From positions 64,001 through 128,000 of the forward strand of contig CM000429.1 in assembly GCA_000165345.1 (NCBI GenBank): a stretch of 64,000 nucleotides of DNA. Direction: 5' to 3'. The notes under the pieces are model-generated. The model saw only the letters and a program-made list of their open reading frames with translations. It did not search any database and was not told the DNA's origin. A program made the translations under genes and the position numbers. Below, in pieces: positions 43,788-55,700 of the stretch (positions are counted from its first letter, which is position 1; every line of letters begins with the position of its first letter).

Positions 43788-45128
43788 ATGAATATTTCAT
43801 CATTTAGAATAAAAAGAAGGAAAAAAAGTGAGGATGACGATGATGAGAAAAAAGATAGTTCAAGCTATGAGGAATTACTGGAAGTTATTGCACCAATAAA
43901 CAAATTTAAGAGTAAGCCAGCATTAGGAGTAACTACATTTTCAAGACAAATGTGGTGCGAAAAAAGCTTAGAAATTTGTCTCGAAAATAATATTAAAATT
44001 ACAAGTAAAGCTATTGAAGAAGGTATTAAACACCATGAAGAATTAGAGCTAGAAGATCACCAAGTTCTCAGTGTAATGGTAGAGAATGAATACGAGAAAA
44101 TGGCAATTGAAATTTTAAGTATAGTAAATCTATTGGATGGGTTAATTGAAAGAGGATATATTCGTGAGCTTCCAATAATTGGATTTTACAAAGGAATAAT
44201 GTTAAGGGGAATAATTGATTCATTACAATTAAAACCAAAATTAAATGGAATTGGAGAAACTAATAATGTAAAATATTCATCAAATAACATCAACAAGTTT
44301 ATTATTTTGATATCAGATACAAAAACTAGAAGAAATACAACTCTTCCAAGTAATGTTCAGCAAAAGACTACAGTTCTACAGCTTGGATTGTATAGAAAGA
44401 TATTGGGTGAAATGATTAATTTTGGAAAAATCTGGAAATCTTGCCATCCTAATTTAATTGATTCCAATGCAATTAAAAAATATTTGAATTCTTCTTCAAC
44501 CATAGATTTGTCAAACTGTTGCTCTGGTTGCAGTTTCCTAAATAATATTTTCGAGTTTCATGGATTAGACCCATTAATTTCTTTTTCAATATTTCAAGAA
44601 TTGGAAGATGCAAAAAGAAAGCAATCTTGTAAAGAAAAAAATGATATTTGTGATACAAATCAAGACCAAATTCAAACCGAAACACATTCTGAGACAGAAT
44701 CTGTAGTTGATACTGACGGGAAAAGCGTCCTAAAAGAGTTTGAAAACGCCCTTGAAATTGGTTTTAACATGTTACTTTGCTTCTCAAAACTTCCAGATAT
44801 TCAGTCAGAAATGAAAGTTGAATACGATTGCCAAGGTAAAACTTTCGCTACAAAATGGTATAAGTCTTCAGAACAGACTATTGAGCTTGAACTAGATTAC
44901 TTATTGGGTTGGTGGCTTGGTGCTAGAGAAGCTGAATTTGTTAGAATCTCAGAGGCATGGAAATGTAAGTTTTGTAATGTAATTGAATATTGCCAAGTAT
45001 GTCCTCTTTCAAAAGAAGAAAAAGAGAAATGTATTGAAAAAATACGTCAAGACGAACTAGAGTCATTACTAATTAAAGATTTGGAAGAATCATCTAATGA
45101 GCATATTTTAACATTAAATTGTTCATAA
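43788..45128 (+). CDS. EXO5: Exonuclease V (EXO5/DEM1 family), a PD-(D/E)XK nuclease with C-terminal Fe-S cluster cysteines.
   Basis: N-terminal motif LGVTTFSRQMWCEKSLEICL matches the EXO5 signature (SVTDL.SQ.WCE.Q). Nuclease core around ISDTK. Cys ligands CCSGC...CKFCNVIEYCQVCP near the C-terminus match the 4Fe-4S arrangement of the EXO5/Dna2/AddB nuclease fold. Confidence 0.65.
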   Translation: MNISSFRIKRRKKSEDDDDEKKDSSSYEELLEVIAPINKFKSKPALGVTTFSRQMWCEKSLEICLENNIKITSKAIEEGIKHHEELELEDHQVLSVMVENEYEKMAIEILSIVNLLDGLIERGYIRELPIIGFYKGIMLRGIIDSLQLKPKLNGIGETNNVKYSSNNINKFIILISDTKTRRNTTLPSNVQQKTTVLQLGLYRKILGEMINFGKIWKSCHPNLIDSNAIKKYLNSSSTIDLSNCCSGCSFLNNIFEFHGLDPLISFSIFQELEDAKRKQSCKEKNDICDTNQDQIQTETHSETESVVDTDGKSVLKEFENALEIGFNMLLCFSKLPDIQSEMKVEYDCQGKTFATKWYKSSEQTIELELDYLLGWWLGAREAEFVRISEAWKCKFCNVIEYCQVCPLSKEEKEKCIEKIRQDELESLLIKDLEESSNEHILTLNCS

Positions 45129-45436
45129 CTATTTTAAATTTTATTATATGGTCATTAATCAAAAATATGAGATTCAAGTTAAAATATTTTTTTCATATTT
45201 TCTTATATTCATTTTAAACTTAAATAAAGAAATTACTTTTTTTAACAATTCAAATTTAATTTATTGTTAAATACGTGTGAAGCTTAAATAGTACCATAAT
45301 AACTATTAACAAATAATATTTACCTAACACACACTATAAAAGACCCCAAAAAAAAAAAAATTAATGAACAAATAAATGAAATTACTCATCTAAATAATTT
45401 TTAAAAAATAATAAAATTTCATAATTTTGATATATA

Positions 45437-47221
45437 ATGCCATCAAGCTCAGCTTTATCCACTAAATGCTGTAAAATTATTGATGAATATGAAACTAAGC
45501 TAAACAAAGAGCTTGGAAATGCATGCAGGGAGGGGGCAGTAAGCGCGCCAGAGTTAAAAAAGTACAATAACTTAAGAAAAGGAAGTCTTCTGGGAACAAA
45601 TTTGGTAAATAGTGTTATAGCATCTGAAAGTCCATTTAGAAGAGATTCGAGCTTATTGTGGTTATCATATGATCCATCTAATGAAAGACAAAGTGAGATA
45701 AATAAGATGATTAAAAATGAAGATGGAACAGCAGTTCCAGATATGTGCGATAAATACGTGTTGGTAGATACTTATACAAGTATTTTAGCTTCAAATAGAC
45801 AGCAGGCTTGCTATATTTCACTATTATCTCCTCTTCCTCAGGATACTGTAGTTGGTATAAAATTTGGAGATCACTTGTGTCAAGGAAGAATTAACGATAC
45901 AATGATTGAATATATATCTCCATCTCTTCCTGTTGGACGTCAATATGCAAGACTATATTTAAATAGTGTGAAGATGGGAGTAAAGTTTGGGAATGGGAAT
46001 ACAATGTCAGAAGCAAGAAGTTATTTACCTTTTGATGTAATAGTTCAAGAACCAAAATCGCGAAGATTGAATATTAAAAAGCATAAGACCTCAATACCTG
46101 TTGGAGTTATGGGGCCAGCCCCATTACCAGAAGTTGATATAGAAGATGAAGTTGAGGAGCTATTAATAATGCATAAGCCAAGAGGAAATGCTTCTATAAT
46201 TTCAAGAAGGCATGCTTTAGATAAATATTTCAAAGGCACGCATTCAAAAGTAGTTAATGCTCCAAGACGTGAAACTGGTGACTTAAATAACTTAGACCCA
46301 TCATTCAAGGCTGCAGTTAATAGAGATTTTTTGAGAAGACTCTCAAATATTACTTTAGAACCAGATTGTAGAAGAACTATTAATTTATTAAATGAATTTA
46401 TATCTAAGTTAGACCCAGGTGCAACAAATAATTTAATACCTTTTAATGTTAAATTAGAGTATTGGAACAGAGTTTTATCCGATGGATGCCAAGAGATTAT
46501 TGATAATTATCATAGTTATATTACACAAGAATCATCCAATGAGAAATCTGTTTATATATTTACTAAAACTTCTCCTGATTCACTTGAACCATACAATGTA
46601 TTTATGTTTTCTTGTATTATGGATGAGGAAAATAACAATTGTGTACCATTATTGAGAAGATTCACATGTAGCCCAGAAAATTGTGGAGATGTAAGGCTTT
46701 GGATATGTATTGGAGATTGCTATCTTGCAAAGAACGAAGTTGCAAATAATTATCGAAAGATTGATTTGCCTTGCCCAATTCCTCCAATAATGAAGTCAAA
46801 AAAATCTGCTCATATTTGGAGTAGAGCAAAAAATAAGTCTAATACAAACTCAACATTTTCATCAAGGAAGTTTGGTATTGGTAATTTTGTGTCAACACGA
46901 GGAGTTGGAGGAGGGTTACTAGGAGCTGCTGGTGTTGGTGCAGGCGGTATCGGAGCAGGAATTGGTGCTGATGAAGATTTTAATGCTGAAAACGAAAACT
47001 CTTCTGAAAAAGAAAGGTGCATTCAAATTTCGAATGATGTTTTTTTATTTTTTGAGATGTGGCCTTCAAAACTTCTTCCAAATGCTGGTAATACTACAGA
47101 GTCATATTCATTTATCTTATGTATTAAAAATCATCAATATCACTCAATAACTGGTATTTCAAAGCCAGTACTTAACTTTATTCTTCAAAAATGGCTCACA
47201 AAAGTCCCCATTAACTCTTGA
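45437..47221 (+). CDS. Hypothetical protein (594 aa) with a Gly/Ala-rich tract.
   Basis: Single long ORF with good coding composition. GVGGGLLGAAGVGAGGIGAGIGADEDF tract; no recognised domain. Confidence 0.5.
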   Translation: MPSSSALSTKCCKIIDEYETKLNKELGNACREGAVSAPELKKYNNLRKGSLLGTNLVNSVIASESPFRRDSSLLWLSYDPSNERQSEINKMIKNEDGTAVPDMCDKYVLVDTYTSILASNRQQACYISLLSPLPQDTVVGIKFGDHLCQGRINDTMIEYISPSLPVGRQYARLYLNSVKMGVKFGNGNTMSEARSYLPFDVIVQEPKSRRLNIKKHKTSIPVGVMGPAPLPEVDIEDEVEELLIMHKPRGNASIISRRHALDKYFKGTHSKVVNAPRRETGDLNNLDPSFKAAVNRDFLRRLSNITLEPDCRRTINLLNEFISKLDPGATNNLIPFNVKLEYWNRVLSDGCQEIIDNYHSYITQESSNEKSVYIFTKTSPDSLEPYNVFMFSCIMDEENNNCVPLLRRFTCSPENCGDVRLWICIGDCYLAKNEVANNYRKIDLPCPIPPIMKSKKSAHIWSRAKNKSNTNSTFSSRKFGIGNFVSTRGVGGGLLGAAGVGAGGIGAGIGADEDFNAENENSSEKERCIQISNDVFLFFEMWPSKLLPNAGNTTESYSFILCIKNHQYHSITGISKPVLNFILQKWLTKVPINS

Positions 47222-48050
47222 AATAGATCTTTTTTAAACCTAGTACATTAATCATCTATAATATCTCATCTATTCTTACCTGAATAAACTTATATATTCT
47301 TCGTTTAACTTGAAAATCCCCATTATTCAGGTCAAAGAAAAACTGAATAGATTAAAAACTGAAATTAGAAAAAACTATAGAAAAAAAATAATGCAGACAT
47401 GTCATAAATAATTTATTTAAAATAAACTATAACTAGTATTCTCTCCCTTAATAATGCATGCAAATATTACGTGGCCAAATTAATCTTTAATAATTACATG
47501 TGGAAAGCGTGCATATACTATGCAATACCGGCATTACATGTAAATGATTAAAAACTTTGCCGCGTATACAAATATCAGCTGTCATAAAGATTTAAAAAAA
47601 AAGAAACTGCATACACGATAACTGGAGTATTATTTGTTTTGAATCATTTATATAAATCTTTGTGACTTCTCAAGTGTAATTGTGGAAAGAGATAATAACC
47701 AAGTAAAAATGATCATCAAAAACCTTATTCATTAGTTTACAATGCTTTGAGTAGGAATAAAATATGGATTGTCCGTTCTTCAATCACTTTATATTTGTTA
47801 ATAGGTTCATAAGGCTATAAGAGTAGAAATAGTAATATGTACAATTGTCTCAGATGGATACATAGAAGTTACCATTTCAATTCAAGTAAACACCAAAAAC
47901 AGAAAAAAAAAATGAGAAAGACGAATTCTCTCCATATCACTATAAACTCAAATGAACAATTTTACTAAAATATGTTTATTGCCCAATTATAATTCCCAAC
48001 CTTGAACTTTTTAATAGTCACAAAAAAAAAAGAAATATTTAGTAACTGAT

Positions 48051-48548
48051 TTAAATGTATGATGCACATAATTGGCCAGTTGGCTTTGTAGTACCCATAA
48101 TGATACCAATAATGACACCATAAATGGCCAAAGCTTCACCGAAAACCAAAATCAAAATCATACCAGTAAGAAGTCTTGGTTGTTGAGCAGCAGCTCTAAC
48201 ACCAGCATCACCGACAATACCAATAGCAAGACCGGCAGCTAAACTACTGAGACCAATAACCAAACCAGCGCTCATTTGAGCATAAGCAGTGTAAGCAGAG
48301 TACAAATTTGGTTCTCCCATCTGGAAGAAAATGACCAAAGAACCAATCAAACCATAAATACCCAAAATACCTGCCATAACAGCTGGAATAATTGATCTCA
48401 TAATTAAATCTGGTCTCATTACGGCCATAGATGAAATACCAACACCTGATTTAGCAATTCCATAAGCTGCTCCTAAGTTTGCAAAAATCAAGCATCCTGC
48501 AATTCCCAGAAATCCAAAAAATAAACTGTTTGGGTCACAAGTGATCAT
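48051..48548 (-). CDS. VMA3: V-type H+-ATPase 16-kDa proteolipid subunit c.
   Basis: Four TM helices: GAAYGIAKSGVGI, MRPDLIMRSIIPAVMAGILGIYGLI, and the proton-binding Glu in helix 4 (FGEALAIYGVIIG). 165 aa. Confidence 0.9.
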   Translation of the reverse strand: MITCDPNSLFFGFLGIAGCLIFANLGAAYGIAKSGVGISSMAVMRPDLIMRSIIPAVMAGILGIYGLIGSLVIFFQMGEPNLYSAYTAYAQMSAGLVIGLSSLAAGLAIGIVGDAGVRAAAQQPRLLTGMILILVFGEALAIYGVIIGIIMGTTKPTGQLCASYI

Positions 48549-48717
48549 CTTTTATCTACCAATATACAGCTAATTGCCTTTCAGCGATTATTGTTTAATT
48601 ATATAACAAAGTTCTTGTACTTACGATTCTTAATAGAAAAAAAAATTTCTATATTGAACCAAGCTTGCCTAATATTAGTTAGAATTTGTCTCTTGGGGGT
48701 ACATTATTGGATAAATC

Positions 48718-48742
48718 TTACCGCCACAATTTGGCGGTAATG
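48718..48742. promoter_or_regulatory. Inverted-repeat element TTACCGCCACAATTTGGCGGTAATG in the divergent V-ATPase c / NOP10 promoter; a second TTTGGCGCC...GGCGCC box lies at 49087..49110.
   Basis: A perfect 9-bp inverted repeat (TTACCGCCA / TGGCGGTAA) around a 6-bp spacer, followed by ctttggcgccagacatacggcgcctc, which is adjacent to the NOP10 ATG. Confidence 0.45.
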
Positions 48743-49180
48743 ATTCAATTATTCCTCAAAGTTGCTCAAATTACTTATTAAATATTCCTTAAAATGAACT
48801 AAAATTGTGTCCCAGATTAATTATTTTTTACTGAAAAATCAAATTTATTTTATTCACAAAGGTCGATATTTTTTAATTATTTTTTTGTTTTTAATTTATC
48901 AAAATTCATATTTTATTCTTTGTTTTTTATGCTGATATTTATATATATTTCATCTTCTTAAAGTCTACTCACAATTTTCTCTACAATTTTAAACTAGTCG
49001 TATGATCATAAATCTTCTATTCTTTTGAATCATTTGAATCATTTCGAGAAGTTTTTCGTTCTATATGAAATTCTATTGCTAATAACTTTGGCGCCAGACA
49101 TACGGCGCCTCAATAATAACATTGAAATACGATAAATAACGCTGCATTTTGATTAGGAAGTTACGAATTAATAAATAAAG

Positions 49181-49420
49181 ATGTTTTTGAGGTTTTACAA
49201 GAACGAGAAAGGAGAGAGAGTTTATACATTATCGGTAAGTTTTTGATTTTTTTTTCTATTATGAATGCTTAATGATATTGAAAATTAATAGGCAGTGAAT
49301 AAGGAGGGTGAAATCACATTTTCAGCTCATCCTGCAAGATTTTCTCCTGATGACATTTATTCATCTCAGAGAATTGCATGCAAAAAGAGGTTTGGACTAT
49401 TACCAACTCAGCGTCAATAA
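49181..49420 (+). CDS. NOP10: H/ACA snoRNP protein NOP10, 2 exons: 49181..49234 and 49292..49420; intron 57 nt.
   Basis: [18 protein letters not shown]|[42 protein letters not shown] matches NOP10 ([40 protein letters not shown]...[10 protein letters not shown]). Donor TCG|gtaagt, acceptor ttaatag|GCA. Absent from the ORF track. Confidence 0.75.
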
Positions 49421-49775
49421 AATGGGTGAAGCTTTTGCAAATAGAGAGTTTAGGTTAAAGTGAATACATTCCTATATAATGATCGGGAATATTTCATTGT
49501 TATAACGGTATTCATCGATTCTAACAGGATACTTTATAAACAATACATAGGAATATCACTGGAAAAAAAATAATATTTAATAAATTGAATAATTTCCTAA
49601 TATAGATAAAAATAATTAATCTAATTATTATTATTCTTATTATCATCTATCCATTCTGTCTAATTTTTGTATGAATTCCTTATATTTAAATGAAATCACA
49701 ATATATTGAATAATCAAACTTATTCTTATGTTCTTGAAAGTATATTATACCTTTATAATAATTATAAAAATAATA

Positions 49776-49812
49776 CAATAATAACAATAATAATAATAAT
49801 AATAATAATATT
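49776..49812. repeat. (AAT)n microsatellite in the promoter region of the second proteolipid gene.
   Basis: aataacaataataataataataataataatattgatattaatattaat. The track ORF 49706..49951 (TIITIIIIIIIL...) is just this repeat read in frame and is not a gene. Confidence 0.8.
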
Positions 49813-49878
49813 GATATTAATATTAATAGTGATTATAAACACTAATAGTAATAACAGTAAGATTAGTTATATTAATCA

Positions 49879-50376
49879 TTACTTAATAGGTACACAAAGA
49901 TTATTCGCAGAAGGGCTGGAAATGAGTACCAATGAAACAATAATACCATAAATTGCAAGTGCTTCACCAAAGATAAGTATAAGCATTGAAGCAACAAATA
50001 ACTTAGATTGTTGAGCAGTACCACGAATTCCTGCATCACCTGCAACACCTATAGTAAAACCACTAGCAGCACAACTGAAACCAGAGATTAATCCAGCAGC
50101 AAGATGACAATATCCCTGATATAATGAATAGTCTGTCCTTATTTGAGAACAAATAATGACTCCCACAATTAAACCATAAACTCCTAAAATACCTGCCATA
50201 ACAGCTGGAATAATTGATCTCATTACTAAATCTGGTCTCATTACACCACATGATGCAATTGCTAATCCTGCTTTAGCTGTACCATAAGCTGCTCCAAAGT
50301 TTGATAAAGCTGTAGCCAAAGTTGAACCAAGCATTCCAAATAAAGTTGCTGTTGGTGTACAAAATGGAGGTGCCAT
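49879..50376 (-). CDS. Second V-ATPase proteolipid paralog (c-like, 165 aa), same orientation as the first and 1.3 kb away.
   Basis: GAAYGTAKAGLAIASCGVMRPDLVMRSIIPAVMAGILGVYGLIVGVII and helix-4 FGEALAIYGIIVSL. Four TM helices with the Glu in helix 4, so c or c'-like rather than the longer c'' form. N- and C-termini diverge from the 48051..48548 copy. Confidence 0.85.
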   Translation of the reverse strand: MAPPFCTPTATLFGMLGSTLATALSNFGAAYGTAKAGLAIASCGVMRPDLVMRSIIPAVMAGILGVYGLIVGVIICSQIRTDYSLYQGYCHLAAGLISGFSCAASGFTIGVAGDAGIRGTAQQSKLFVASMLILIFGEALAIYGIIVSLVLISSPSANNLCVPIK

Positions 50377-50984
50377 CTTTATCTAATTTTCTTATCTCTG
50401 TTTTCAATAATATAACAATTGGTAGATATTCTCTATTATTTGTTCAAGATTCCGTAAATTTCCGAATTTTGTCTAATAAACTTTTATTAGTCTAATCTTC
50501 TTTAATCGATCTTCTAATTGGAATCTTTTTCAAATCTTATTACTATTATTATTTTCTTTCAGTTTTTCCTTTCCCTCGTAATTGATATTTTTCTCTTAAT
50601 TATTTAATTCTCAATATTCACCAAACCTACCCATTTTACCGCCATGAGACAATTTCCTTCCCGCCTATTTCTTATTGCTTTATATTAATTTTTTGGTTAA
50701 GAAAATTTCTGTCATCCACTCTCTTTTCAAATTTGAATTAATAAAATGGATTAATATTGTGTTTTTATAGCTTAGTATCAGCTTTATAAGTTTTCAAAAA
50801 AAACAATTGAACGAAAAAGCATAAATATTGTTAATTGCGCATTGAATGTTCACTATTTTTGTTTTTTTTTCTCTTGAACTTTATACATTCTTTTTTCTTG
50901 ATTAACTTATTAATTTTTATATAAATTTTGGGAAAAATTACAATATATGAGTTACAGACAATTTCACGATTGGTTGATATCTGA

Positions 50985-51002
50985 ATAGTTTTTTTTTTTT
51001 TT
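50985..51002. repeat. Poly(T) tract of about 18 nt in an intergenic region; similar homopolymers occur at 16340..16352, 17181..17195, 45347..45360 and 52125..52141.
   Basis: tttttttttttttttttt. These are typical AT-rich intergenic homopolymers. Confidence 0.7.
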
Positions 51003-51404
51003 TGCCTTTTCTTTTTGATTTTTTTTCATTAATTCCTTTATTTCTCACATTTCAAATACTTCTGCGAAATACGGTCATATTGTTTTGCTCTTCATATCGA
51101 TATTTGCATGATTATCTTTTAACATTCATTCTTTTTCCTAATTTAAAATAAATAATTTATGTGGATGCATGCCATTAATATATTCAGTTAAAAACGATGA
51201 CGTAATACATGCAGAAAATGATTAAACAAATTATTGTCATGCAATTTGTATACCGGTCTGCAAACATTACATGCAAATTACACGTAATAAGTAATGTAGT
51301 AAATGTTGAGAAAAGAAAATATATTAAACAAGTAAAACAAAAAAACAAAGTTATCATACAAAATGTATTATATATAAATACATAAATATATATTTTAAAT
51401 CTAA

Positions 51405-52094
51405 CTACCTGGTCATTTCAGCTGCAAGCATTGAATGATTTTCCGTCCATGCTTCTTCTGTCTGAACTTTTTTTAACCTAAAAAAAAAGAATTATGAGTA
51501 ATAAGTATATAAAATTAATATAATTATGGCAACAATTATTAGATAAATTTGGAAAGGAAGAATATCTCCAAATAATTAAGAGAATTCTCATTCATTTGTG
51601 ATGATGATTATTATTATTCCCTTTAAATTCATATAATAGCCATAATTTAATTTAATAATATAAAACTTACATTCTTTTATGGTCCTTACTTTTATTATGA
51701 GACATTAAAGATGGAGAATCAATAAAATATCTTGCACATGTAATACAATAAAACTGGCCTAAAGTTTATTATGATTAATTATATTAAATTTCATTATTTT
51801 GTTTAATCCATTATAACGTACCATTTCCTGGCAAATCTAGATCCACTGGTAAATTTACACCTTTTATATAATCATTTTGAACTAAATATCAAGAAATAAT
51901 GAAAAAATAATAAGGGAAAAAAAAAGGAGGAAAATTGGAAAATAATTTAATAATCTGCTTTACCCCCTTTTTTCTTTCTATTAAAACTTACCAGTCTCAA
52001 AATCCTTCGTTCTTCTTTTAGTCTTCACATACTTTCCTACAGCTCTATTTTTTGCTCTTCCTGCTTTTCTAGATTTTCTTTGACCAAGCCCCAT
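51405..52094 (-). CDS. BUD20: Bud20/ZNF593-type C2H2 zinc-finger ribosome-biogenesis factor, 4 exons: 51992..52094, 51822..51881, 51671..51758, 51405..51477.
   Basis: Assembled 107-aa product MGLGQRKSRKAGRAKNRAVGKYVKTKRRTKDFET|VQNDYIKGVNLPVDLDLPGN|GQFYCITCARYFIDSPSLMSHNKSKDHKR|MLKKVQTEEAWTENHSMLAAEMTR matches Bud20/ZNF593 (KRYKTKRRTRDLDLIYNDL...GQHYCIHCAKYMETAIALKTHLKGKVHKRRVKELRGVPYTQEVSDAAAG). Donors gtaagt, gtacgt, gtaagt; acceptors all YAG; 324 nt total. Absent from the ORF track. Confidence 0.65.
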
Positions 52095-52327
52095 TGAGTT
52101 TTTGAAATAACAACTAGAAATTTAAAAAAAAAAAAAAAAAACTTTTTTCTTATTATTATCTGAAAATTGTCCTCTAAATAATTATTCTAATATTACCAAA
52201 CTCTCTTCACCTTTAATCCTCTTTTATTCTTATCCACTTAATATGGAAATATACCGATAATCATTAAAGATAAGATGAAATCTCTATTTCATCTTTATTT
52301 TATAAATACCATTTTGTAAAGTCTGAC

Positions 52328-52350
52328 ATTGGCGCCAAAGTTTTGGCGCC
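52328..52350. promoter_or_regulatory. TTGGCGCCAAAGTTTTGGCGCCC double E2F-like box in the divergent ZNF593 / giant-gene promoter.
   Basis: gacattggcgccaaagttttggcgcccgtt: two GGCGCC cores 10 bp apart. Confidence 0.45.
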
Positions 52351-52769
52351 CGTTACTGTAATTTAATTTTTTAATAATAAATTGTGTGGAATAAAGAAAA
52401 ATTCATTATTGGTTGATTAATATATGAAGAAAAGGATCCAAAAAGGATTCACCAATTATTAAAAAGTTGTGATTTATATCTATGCTTCTTTTATAAGAGT
52501 TTTATCAATTATTTAAACTTTTTAAGAACTGTTTTTATCATTTAATAAGTAATTTATTATAAAAAGAGTTTGCTGAAGAAATTATTTAAAGCTTCTTATA
52601 TTATAGAGTTGAAAGAAATACCAATAAATAATTATTAATTTGTGGCCTTTTATGATTCTGAAATGCAAGAATATCAATTATATTCAAGTAATTAAAGCAT
52701 TATTTAAAGTCAATGCACTTTTAGTGTAATTGGTTGAATGAATATATATTTGGAAAAGCAATCAGAAAA

Positions 52770-55700
52770 ATGAGTGTTTTACAAATCATTCTTTCAATAA
52801 TATTAATAATATTCTCTCTATTATGTATATTTGTCCATATTTTAAAACAATTTCTTCAAAAAAAAGGCTTTGAAGTTTCTTTTTCTGGATTTTTTTCACT
52901 TGGAAATTTGAAAATAAAGATACTTGAAAAATATCTTAAAAAATATGATAATATTAGTGGATTCGAATTTTTTCTTTCAAAAATTTCAATCAGATTTCAA
53001 TCTTGGAAGCTTAAGTTTATTTTATATGAAAGTAAATGTATTTGTTTTATATTAAATGGAAATCATTTCAAAAACAAACAATTTGATCATCATCTTTCCC
53101 AATATTCTAGATTACAAAATCATTCATCTAGAAAAACTAATATTGGTACTGATGATAATAGTATTGGAATTATTCGTAATTTAATGTTAATTGTTACAGC
53201 ACAAATTATTTCCAGAATTATTTTATTTGAACTTGAAAATATTCAATTCCAATTTTATATGGTTGATTGTAAATGTATTGGTAATCATAGAAATCTTAAA
53301 ATTACTCAAGATGGTAGATGTGAAAAATGTGGTATTCAAATGAAGTATGGTATATATTCCAAACTTGATATTAATAGTTTAAGTATATTTCCAAAAGCTT
53401 ATTTTGGTGGAATCATGGTAAATTTTCTAATAAATAATCCAGTATTATACTTGAATCCTATTGAAAATACAATTTCTGAAAAAAGATGTCATACATTTTA
53501 TTTAAATTCCAATAATAAATATAATTCATCATCCAATCATAAAACAAGTATTTTGAATTATATTCTTAATCAGTTTTACATGAAAAATAATAAAACTATA
53601 TCAAAAAAATGCCATTCAAATCAAAATAATTATCCTCCTTTAATTTATATTGATAATAATTTAAATATTAAACTCAAATTAATGCATTCAATGTCTGGAT
53701 CTGATATTAGAGTTTGTATTCTTCGAAATGTGAATATTGAAATGAATCAACTTTGGATTACATTAATACCAGAAATTATTTGTGAACTGGTTTATATATT
53801 TCATACAATTAAATCCAATTTTAAGAATTTGAATAAAATTTCTTTTAATAAAAATAATCTTCAAGTATTAGATCCCAACATTATTAATCAATCTGATCCA
53901 ATTATTAAGTTATCCCCAAAATACCAATTATTAAGTAATAATGTACTTCCAATATCTCCTATTCCTTTAGCATCACCTTCTTCTCCAAGTATAATATCAT
54001 CATCAAACTCATACTCTCATTCTCCTCTTCCTCCTTCATTTGGTAACTTTGAAAATAAAGTCCCTAGAAATAAGAAAAAGCTTATAATGAATGAGAATTT
54101 AGATAGACAACTTCAAATTACCTTCAAAATTTCTCAACCATCTTTAATATTTTGTGATAATACTCAATCTAGCTCAGGTTTTGAGATATTATTTCATGAA
54201 TTTGAAGCACATCTTATAATTCAATATTTTATTGAATATCTTCAAAGTACACTTAAACTTTATAATCAAGATTATGATTTTGAATCTTCAAATTCAGAAA
54301 TATCTGACTTTAATATTATTGGTAATGAATCCAATCATTTTGATTTAGATACAACAGACTTGAAAAAAAAAACTAGAAGAAGCTTAAAACTTGTTTTTGG
54401 AAGTAAGCTTATCTTTGGGAATTCTATTTTATATTTAAACCCTAAAGAAAGCCATTATTTTTCAAAACAAATTATGCCAAATACCATAAAAGATGGAGAT
54501 TTTACCTTTGATCGAATGTTTGTGATTGAACATTATAAATCAATTGTTGAGATTTCTGACAACAATTTTGTTAAGCTTTATTTGAAGAGTTCCATTCAAA
54601 GAATGTTTGGAATATGGAGGGAAAATGGATTTTACCAGAACCTGACTCTATTTCTCCAATTAATTAAGTTTCAAAAGTACCTTTCCAAGATTAAAAACCA
54701 AGTTAATATTGATAATAGTGGTAATAGTAATAACAATAATAATAATAATAATAATAATAATATTGAAAAACCATTCATAGATCAAGCAACTGAAGAGATT
54801 CCAAAATTGCCTTCAAGAGTTGAATTGGAAGATGACGATATTCTTAAAAGTGATTTTCTTATTAAGAATAACAAATACTTAAAAGAGATTATGACAATTA
54901 AAGATTTTGCAGTTAATTTACTCTTTTACCTTGAAATCAAAGATATTACCATTCAAACCAATGATATTAATTGTTTTAACCATGAACTACACATTCTCAA
55001 AAAGAATGATTGCTCTAACAATCATTGTGAAAATTGTTTTATTGAATCCTTTGGTCCAAAAGAAAGGTATGAATGGAGAACTGATTTTGATTATGAATCA
55101 GATACCAAGTTCAATATGAAAATTAAAAAAGATGATAATGATACTGATCATGATAATCATAATGATGACAAGTTCTTCATTTTGAAAATTAATAATTTGA
55201 AGATCTGTAATACATCAATAAATAGAAGTTTCTCAATGCTCTTTTCTGATTTAGATCTTTACAGTATGAATGAATTTATTGATTTGGAAGATATATCTAC
55301 CAAGTATTTAAATTTACCATCATGCTTGAAACATAACCATGATATTTTAGATTTTCAAAAAACATGTATTTATCGTTATGGTTGTTTTGACCAAAGAATT
55401 CAAGTATTAAACTTTGAAATCTCACCAAAAATTAGAGATAAAAACCATTTAGTCAAATTATGTGAATCAATTATTATATCTCCTTGGGATTATAAAAGAA
55501 TTTCACTCAGATTTAAAGGTATTAATGGAAATCTCCATACTTGTTATATTCCAATATACCTTTATATTTTGGGTTGTTTTAGTATTGATTGTCTTGCTCT
55601 TAAAAAGAATAATTTAAACAAAGTTTATTATGGAATAAATAACCAATTTGAAGAAAATTTTGATTTTTATTGTAACCAAAGATTTAATTATTTTGAAAAA

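Noticed and set aside
49706-49951. 81-aa ORF with poly-Ile (TIITIIIIIIILILILIVII).
   Set aside because: Pure translation of the (AAT)n/(ATA)n microsatellite in the promoter of the second proteolipid gene, and antisense to that gene's 3' end. Not coding.
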